Below are positions 56,401-64,000 of a stretch of 64,000 nucleotides of DNA, piece after piece. The DNA lies in assembly GCA_046563655.1 (NCBI GenBank), contig CM102284.1, forward strand, positions 186,001 to 250,000. The letters are read 5' to 3'. This DNA is from Yuukianura sp. NJ FZ-2021. Lineage: Eukaryota. Below the pieces are notes generated by a model. It was not told the DNA's origin, did no database searches, and was given only the letters and a program-made list of their open reading frames with translations. How positions within the stretch are numbered: the first letter of the stretch is position 1; each line of letters begins with the position of its first letter. A program made the translations under genes and the position numbers.

Positions 56401-56879
56401 ACTTTTTGTCCTTTTTTTGAAAATATTGTGAAATAACAATACTAGCTAATGCATAATTTAATGTAACCTTAACATAAAATAATACATAAAATGTGAATAG
56501 CTTAGTTAAAACGTAAATGAAATGATTTTTGGAAATGTTGCGAGTTCGATTCCTCGCGGGAATAGAGGAGGTTGTATCTAGATAGCTTTCTTATTTTGAA
56601 ATTAGTTTCTTCCAAAGTTTAATTCAGGAGAAAAGAAACTCATCTTCCTTTAAGACGAATTCTAGACACAAAACTTTGAGCATTTCCCAACCACACAGTC
56701 CTACAAAAGCACAGATTAAAACTCCAATTTCGGATTCAGCATTACCGCCATTCATTTCAACTTTGGTCATTTCGAAAAGAAAAAAAAACTTTTCAAAAAA
56801 AAGTGTTCGTTTTGTTGTGTTTAGCAAAAAAACGGCTTTAGAAGAAAAAAAAAGCTTTGGAAAGAAAACTCCTCCGCTT

Positions 56880-57110
56880 TTTGCTTGACGAAAACAAAAC
56901 GTTTTTTTCTTGCCACAAAACGAACAAAAACGTTTTTTTAGGCAACACGGATAGAAACGTTTTTTCTTTGAGGAAAACGCACAACAACGTTTTTTCTTCA
57001 AGCAAAACGTACAAAAACGTTTTGTTTTCCTGCGACAAAACAGACAAAACGTTTTTATTTCCGGCAAAACGATTAAGAAAACGTTTTCTGTCGTTGGAAC
57101 GTTTTTTAAC
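56880..57110. repeat. AAAACGTTTT palindromic subrepeat array
   Basis: Multiple AAAACGTTTT units; probably a decayed DNA-transposon remnant. Confidence 0.55.
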
Positions 57111-58679
57111 GAAACTTTAGATAACTTTTTATTATTTTTTGAATTTTGAAAATTCTGTGACAGGGAAAATAGCTTTTGGTGATAATGCGTGTCAGTGCAT
57201 GTGTTATTCCGTGTTTACTCAAGCAGCTTTGCATTTGAAATTTACCGCGACTCCTTTTTAGTACTGAACTCAAATGGACTGAAAGTTCTTAAAAAGAGAA
57301 AATTTTCCCGCCGTTATGCCATCAGAATTTTCCCTGCGTTGTAATAGTTACCATTACAAACTCCATTTTGATACGGGGAAAGTCTTTTTTTTGAAAATGT
57401 TCGCGCCAAATTTATTTTTCAAACCATCTCCCCTCGGCTAAACATTTTTTCAGTTCCGCTTATTTTTTTTTATTTTAAAAGTAAAACCATCGAGTGCTTT
57501 TTCCTGAGCTCCACGAGACCAAAAAGCGCCAAAAATAAACATCCCGCGGTATTCAAATTTAAAAAAAAAACGTTTTTTTTTCTTTACAAACCACTTCGAC
57601 GCACCGTTCCAAAAAGCGTGCCGTTTTTTTGAAGATTCAGTCGTATGATGTTCTCGTTTAGAGAAAATCCGCAATGCAAACATCGCAAATAACAAAGGAG
57701 AAAGTAAAAAGGCGGAGCGTCGTTTCACAAATTGTGTTTTCTTTTGAGTTTAGCAAAATGGTACCATTTTCAAAACAAAGTTGCTTGAAAAAAAGTTTTT
57801 CTTAAACTAAGTTTAGAACAAAACGTGATATCTCCATCCTCACTTTTTCGCGTTTCAAATTTGGCTCCAAATCCTTAACTGCTAAATTTTTTTCCTCTCA
57901 AAAAATTTTTAGTCACGAAATTTTCAAAAAGCCTTTATCTTTTTTTTCCTGCTTTGCCGAGATGCTTGAAAGTATTTTTGAGAGGGATTGTCTAGAATTT
58001 TTTTTTGGAGAGAAAGTTTGAAATGTTTTTTCCGGGAGGGAGATTTTGAAAATGTTTTGTTTTTGTTTGGAATTGGTTGTGTGTTGGGCTGAGTCGGGAT
58101 TAGCGTCCTCTCAGTTTCTGGTTTGAGCGGGAAAATTGGAATCTTGTTTGGCCTCTTCTTTTATAAGATTTCCAAGATAAGTTCCTTTCAAACTTTCTTG
58201 TCACCCACTGTCTCCACAACTACGCAGCAAGCCTAACCTAACTTCAACCTAACGTGAACCTAACAAAAACCTAATCTGAAGCCTAACAAAAACGTAACCT
58301 GGTTCCATCGACACTGCCTCTAATGACAACACAATGGACAGAACTAACTTTGTTTTAATCCCCTCATCCAGCACAGTGCCCCCTCTCAAGTGATTTCACT
58401 TTCTGCCTCTTGCATTAGGTTAACTTTCTTAAGAGGAACAAAGGGAATGTTTAGACTTCTTAAACAAAGCTGCTCACTCAATAAAGCTTAAGATTTACGT
58501 CTCTCCTAACCCATTCTCTAATCTTAGGATTTGGAGTTAGGGTGAAAACCATACATTCCAAACCAAGCATTCATCATCCACACTTAAATTATTCAACCGC
58601 CGTTAATCCACTCCCAAAACACTTCCGCTCAAACAACAACTCTTTTTTCATCATTCCCGACCTTTTGTTTTTCAAAATT

Positions 58680-58910
58680 ACAAAGAAAACGGACAAAAAT
58701 CTAAGAAAACTGGGCAGAAACGATAAGAAACTCATAGAAACGCAGAAGATCCTCCAGAAACGGCTGAAAATCGGGCAGAAACGGCTGAAACCTAGAAAAA
58801 CCGGCTGAAACGCAGAAAAACTGGCTGAAAAACAGGCAGAATCAAAGAAAAACGGACAGAAACGGTAAAAATTGCACAGAAAATTGAAGAAGCGGCAGAA
58901 ACGAGTTGAG
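58680..58910. repeat. CAGAAACGGCTGAAA degenerate repeat array
   Basis: Repeated GCAGAAAC(G)G / GGCTGAAA units. Confidence 0.55.
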
Positions 58911-59408
58911 TTAGAAAATAAAGAAAATCGTAAATGCTGATAAAAACAGAAACCAGAAACGTTTTTTTTTGCGTCTCAACAAGAGAAACGGACAGAAATT
59001 GACTTTTTTTTGCGAAAACTTTGTCTGTCGAAAGCGACGCACAAATGGCTGGAAAAAGTGAAAGATTTTTGGTGAAAAAGAGTGAAAAGTGGACGTGATG
59101 ATGTAAATTGGTGTTGTTTTTGATGTCTGTGAAGAGCCTGTGGGTTTGTGAATCCAAGGTAACGGGTTTAGGTGAAACCTCTTGTGTGGCCAGGGCTTAG
59201 CCAACCAGATTTGTGTTTTTAGCCTTCAGTCTCAATTTGAATTTTAATCTGTTGACTTTGGCTTTAAATTAAAAGGTCTGGAGCTACTCCGCTTAAGCGA
59301 TCAGACTGGTCGCTGCAAAAGCGCTGAAAAAGTCAGCGTGCCGAAGCTAATTGGTCCAGGGGGCTTGAAAGGCCGTTCATCAAAGGAACTTGGCTGGGCA
59401 CTCTCTCT

Positions 59409-59730
59409 CCAGGCACAGGACGTCCGTGGACGGATATTTGTGGACAGGTCCAGAAATGGACGTGGACTCAGCCTTGGACAACTCAAATGTCCATCTCTCT
59501 CTTGCTCTCTATAAAAGTATGTCCCAAAATGATAATTCCGTCCACATGAATCCGTCCATGAACGTCCATAGGAGAATAGGTCTCGCCCGTTGATATTTTT
59601 TTTATATGGACAGTTTGAAATGATAGACACTGTGTCTATAAAATGCTAGATAGGAGTCGGTGGACGTCCGTCGTTAGACAAGGCCGTCCATCAACTTCCG
59701 TCCATGGACGTCCTGTTTCTCTGTTCCTGG
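59409..59730. mobile_element. Probable MITE with GTCC/GGAC subrepeats
   Basis: Inverted repeat CAGGACGTCCGTGGACGGA / TCCGTCCATGGACGTCCTG near the ends; no clear TSD. Confidence 0.55.
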
Positions 59731-62700
59731 CGGGTTTCTTTGGACGGGATTTGATTTAGGTTCGACTTTCACTTTGAGTCTAATGGGATCCGAATATGCA
59801 AAGTTCTGCCTTGCACAATGGACTTGATCTCTGCGCTCTTGCCAAGATTCTAGCCAGAATTCCGGGAGAGACTAAAAAAAAACGGGTTAGTGTCTTTGTA
59901 GTCTCATCCGAGCCTAAAACTAAGACTAAAACTGAGACTATTCTTCGGGGAGAAGCAGAGCGTGACTAATTGACCTATTTTAATGGGGATGGATTGAGAT
60001 GGGTGCTAAGAAAACTTTTTCTTTAGTCGCATTCTGCTTTTCTACCGAAACTTAATAACTCTCCTTTCCATTCAAAAGCACATGCACAGTACAATTTTAT
60101 GACAACTCAAACTCAGCAAGACAGCTAAAAAAAACTCTCTAGAGAAAGTTGGACGAAGAATTTCAAAAAAGAGAGAATTCCTACAAAAATTCTACAAAAT
60201 ACAAAAAATGGAACAGTTGAAAGTTTAAAAAAAATGAAAAGTTATTGCAAATATTTATTGTCGCACCAGTCGATGCAAACTTCTAAAAACTTTTTTCTTC
60301 CTCTTACTTATTAGCCTTTTACTGTATACTTTTTTTTTAAATAAAAAATATTAAAGTTACTTTTAATTACATTTTAAAAATGTAAAAGTTCAATTTCAAA
60401 AACAGTCTGCACATTTGTATTTTCCCGCCGTCCTGTTTTTTTTTCTAAAAAGTTTTGAACCTGTCTTAGTCTCGATTCAAATCAAAAGTTTCAGAACGTG
60501 AGTTTTGCGAGTAGCACAAACACAAGTTTTTTCCAATTTCAAGAAGCTTTTTTTCAAAATTTGTTTATGTAATTTCTTTCAAACTTTTTTTAAAATTGAT
60601 ATTTCCGTTGCCTATTTCAGAATGAGTTGATTTTCTTCAAAAAAAGTTAAGAATCTTTCCTCTCCAGAGTAAAAATTAACGAATTTGAATCTCCCGTTTC
60701 ATTTTTTCCTTCCAAAAATAGTAAAAAGAGAGGAAAAAGAAGAAAGAGCAGAGAGGCGTAAAGTTATTATTTGGATTTTTAGTTTCTTCCTCCACTCGAG
60801 CGAATGAGAGAAGAGAAAGCTTGACTCTCTCCGTTTAGCTTCTCTCTTTTCTTTATTGAAGTGAAGGTGAATCTCCATTTGGAAAAAGCAACTACTCTCC
60901 TTCTTTTGAAATGGAAATTTCAAATGGAAATCCAAAAGTCGAATCCTCTCTTTTCTTCTAAAACTCCTAAAATTTTATTTTTATGCTCCTGGCTAGAAAC
61001 GATCCAAAGCCAAACACACAAAAAGAAGGGAGAAATGGTAATCCCAGGTAACACAAATCCTTCCCCATCACCTTAAAACCAGGATTTTATGCACTTCCGC
61101 CTCATTGGCCCAGCCCACTCTTCTTTTTTTCAAAAACTCCCGCTTTCTCAAATACGAAAAGTCCCGCTTTTTTGAAACACGGAGGCTCCACTTTCTTCTC
61201 CTTTTTTGAAAAAAAGTTCTTCCTCTCCGTTTCAAATCTCCGGATTTAAAAAAAAGGAGAAAAAGAGATGCGGATTTTCGTCGATTCAATTCTGGAAATC
61301 GACCTCCAATTTTACTAAAAACCACAAAGGAGTGGCGGAAATGTGAAAGTGGTAATTTTCTTTTTAAGGTGCGCATGCGTCGTAATGGGCCCACTTTTGA
61401 CTCAAATCCGCTCAACTAAACTTTCATTTCTTCATAAGTTCAAGAAAAAGAGTGGAAGAGAGAAAGTAAGGAAAGTGTTCTAATGATAACGTTGAGTGTT
61501 CTCGCCATCAACACGTTCCACGCTACGAGATACACAGGCACTTTCCGCTTTTTAATGGAACCTCCCTTACCCCATTAGTCAAAAACCAAAGAGCTAAACA
61601 CTCATCAAGTAAACAGAAACCAGGTCAACATCCAACTTGTAAACAAGAGACAAGGAAATAACAAGCTTATAAACTAACCTATAGTCAATTTTGATTTTAA
61701 CAGTTCAGGGGTGAACTCCTACACTACAAAATGTAAAAAGAAAAAAGAAACACAAGATCACAAAAAGTACAACACAAAAAGGTAAACAAAGAAGATGTAC
61801 ATAATATTACAAATAGTACAAAAAAAATATTTCCGAATAGTTGAAAAGAGCTCAATATAAAAAAGTTAGACACCACAAAGTAAGCAACAAAATCTTAAGC
61901 ACTTTACTTTTACTGAAATATTTTTAGAAACTGCAAACAACTTTGACTGGATGGTTTTGTGCTTGCAGGGCAAATCTACACCGCTGCCACGGTGTAAGTA
62001 AGTTAAGCAGAAAAGTAGTTTAGTGTTGATGTTTTTGTTGTTTAGCTTTTTAACTGTCCGTGGGGACTGTACAATGCGGAAGTTTGTCCATAAAAATGAG
62101 TGGATTGTGTGTGTAGTTGTTGAGCAGAAGAAGCTGTGTATGAAATTAATGAGTTGTAAGTCGACCTTACAAGCACATTTTGTACTTTTCAAAAAAGTGG
62201 GAAATGCTGGGAAAAAGTGGGAAATAAAAAATTCCCCATTTATTTCCCAACTTTCTCCACTTTGTGCTGAAAATATGTCAGAGGCAAGGCTTTTCTTTTA
62301 TGCCGCACACTTTCTGTCTTCCGATCCACTCGGAATGGGTTTTGGTGGGGCCATAAATGGGATGTTGGGGGTGGGGCAAGATCACTCTGAGGGAGGGGGG
62401 TTGTCAATCAGTCAAAATATTCCCCACTGACCCGCCACTTTGGCGGGGCATTAGGACTTTATCCATAACAAGCCTCTTACTGACTGCGTAAACTGTTGTC
62501 CTGGAGACCATTTGAGAGATGCGAATCTCCTGGAGCTTCTCCGGCAAGACAAGAACAGTTCCCGGGAGAGGCGAGATGCAATTTGGCTAAACTTATCATG
62601 ATCCAATAACAAATGCTACGCAAATCCTTCAAAACACATTTCAAACGTCTCTTTTCCCGTCTTGTTTTGTCTCACTTTCTCCATTTTTGTTCACAGTTTG

Positions 62701-64000
62701 ACGGTTTTTGACTTTTACACTTTCGCGCTTTCACTCGTCTGTTTCGCACGAGTTTCTTTGATCTCAAGAGCTTCGCGCCTTTGAATTTTTGATTTGTGTG
62801 AGTCTTTCGACGGTTGTAAGTTGAATGTGTTTTAAGGTGACTCAAAGCGCGGGTGATTTTTGATGACGTAATTTTGGAGGGAAATTTTGAGTTTGGTTTT
62901 TGAATTTCCTGAAGAAACCCACAAACGCCTCGAGTGTCGAACCTGAACTTTGTGGATTGGCACCACTTTTGAGAAGCTTCTGCGTTAGGCTAACATTAGG
63001 TTATGTTCTTTTCATTAGGTTTGTTAGGTTATGCTTTAGTGCTGCGAGTGGCAAAGAGGACACTTGAGTGCAATTTGTAAATGAGTTTGAGTAATTGATG
63101 GAAGTGGACATGTCTTCCTGTGGTTTCTTCCATTCACTTTCTCCTCCATTTGGAATTAATTGATCAAAGGACCTCATTTTCTCCATGGGAATTCTACACA
63201 AGCACTTCCTGCACAATTTATACTTTTGTGCACAACTTGTGCTCTCCTCATACACATTCAAACAAAGCCGCTTTCACTGAACGGAAGTGAAAGCAAATGG
63301 AATTCAAAATACAATCTACTCCATCCCTCCACCCGCGGGAGGCACATTTAAAATAAATTTTAATAGTTAATCACTTTTGCTAAAATAATAAACTGAAATC
63401 AAAATTTAATTTTAACATAAAATTTAAGCTTAGTTTTACACACTTCACCACAGCACGACCTGCAACATACCTTGTTTACATTTGGCTGTGAATTGTTCAA
63501 TTTTTTTACAATAAAGCTTTTAAAAATTGAACCAACTTTTTTTTTTTTAAATTTTTACATCTCTGAAAAAATTGTCTAAAACTACAAACATGCAGAAGTA
63601 GATCAGAAGGAAGTTGGTGACTAAAAGTAGAGATTGAAAAATAGGACAACCTCGTTTTCAGTTTTCGCTTTTTGCAGAAAAGAGCAAAAAAACCTGGACG
63701 ATTTGAAAAACAAGACAGAATTTGATTTGGAAATGGAAAACGAAATATTTGGCCAATTTGAATTTTTAAGGATTCACTTCAAACAAAAGGCTTTTCACTT
63801 TTGAGTTCTGCTTTTGACAGCTTCCTCTGACTTTCTCTCAGTCAGTGTTTTATTGCTCAAAAAACTTTTGTTTGAAACCTGGAAAAATTTTTCAAAAAAC
63901 GAAAAACAGAATCACTTTTTGTTTTTCAATTTATTCGCAAACCACATCAAACACAAACGTCAATCAACAAGTAACCAAAAACATGTTTATGCAACATTTT

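Noticed and set aside
56536-56565. tRNA fragment (GCGAGTTCGATTCCTCGC T-arm hairpin)
   Set aside because: Isolated B-box hairpin without D-arm or acceptor stem.
56624-63351. Numerous Phe/Lys-rich ORFs in the right-hand region
   Set aside because: Derived from poly-A/T tracts and simple repeats; no coherent exon chain or domain.

Overview
AT-rich, intron-rich eukaryotic (animal) DNA, most likely a hexapod or other arthropod. The compact genes with ~55-350 bp introns, TTAGG-type repeats, a divergent gustatory-type receptor and foreign-looking genes suggest a springtail-like genome, but that is inference. Thirteen multi-exon genes were reconstructed by hand from splice sites and reading frame: a crooked-like Ly6 gene, a Pro/His/Gln-rich secreted orphan, a DNAI2-like dynein intermediate chain, an Hsp21.4/CG14207-type small HSP, an AREL1-like HECT ligase, a divergent SLC6 transporter, a CWC15-derived chimeric gene, ace-1-type acetylcholinesterase, a gustatory-receptor-like 7TM gene, a bacterial-type peroxiredoxin, an uncharacterised multi-TM protein, a secreted orphan and an ITM2/BRICHOS gene. 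A fourteenth, RSRC1-like gene carries a hAT insertion in a coding exon. Introns hold many MITEs (hAT, pogo/Tc1-like, Foldback-like) and a tRNA-derived SINE family. The last ~10 kb looks mostly non-coding. Most notable: the hAT element in RSRC1 that may be spliced out as a new intron; an intact-looking CWC15 chimera rescued by a new splice donor; a probable GA-AG intron followed by an 8-nt microexon in the SLC6 gene; a candidate horizontal-transfer mini-cluster at 46.6-50.2 kb; and pervasive TGACCT/AGGTCA tandem arrays in short introns. All identities come from recalled motifs, not database searches.
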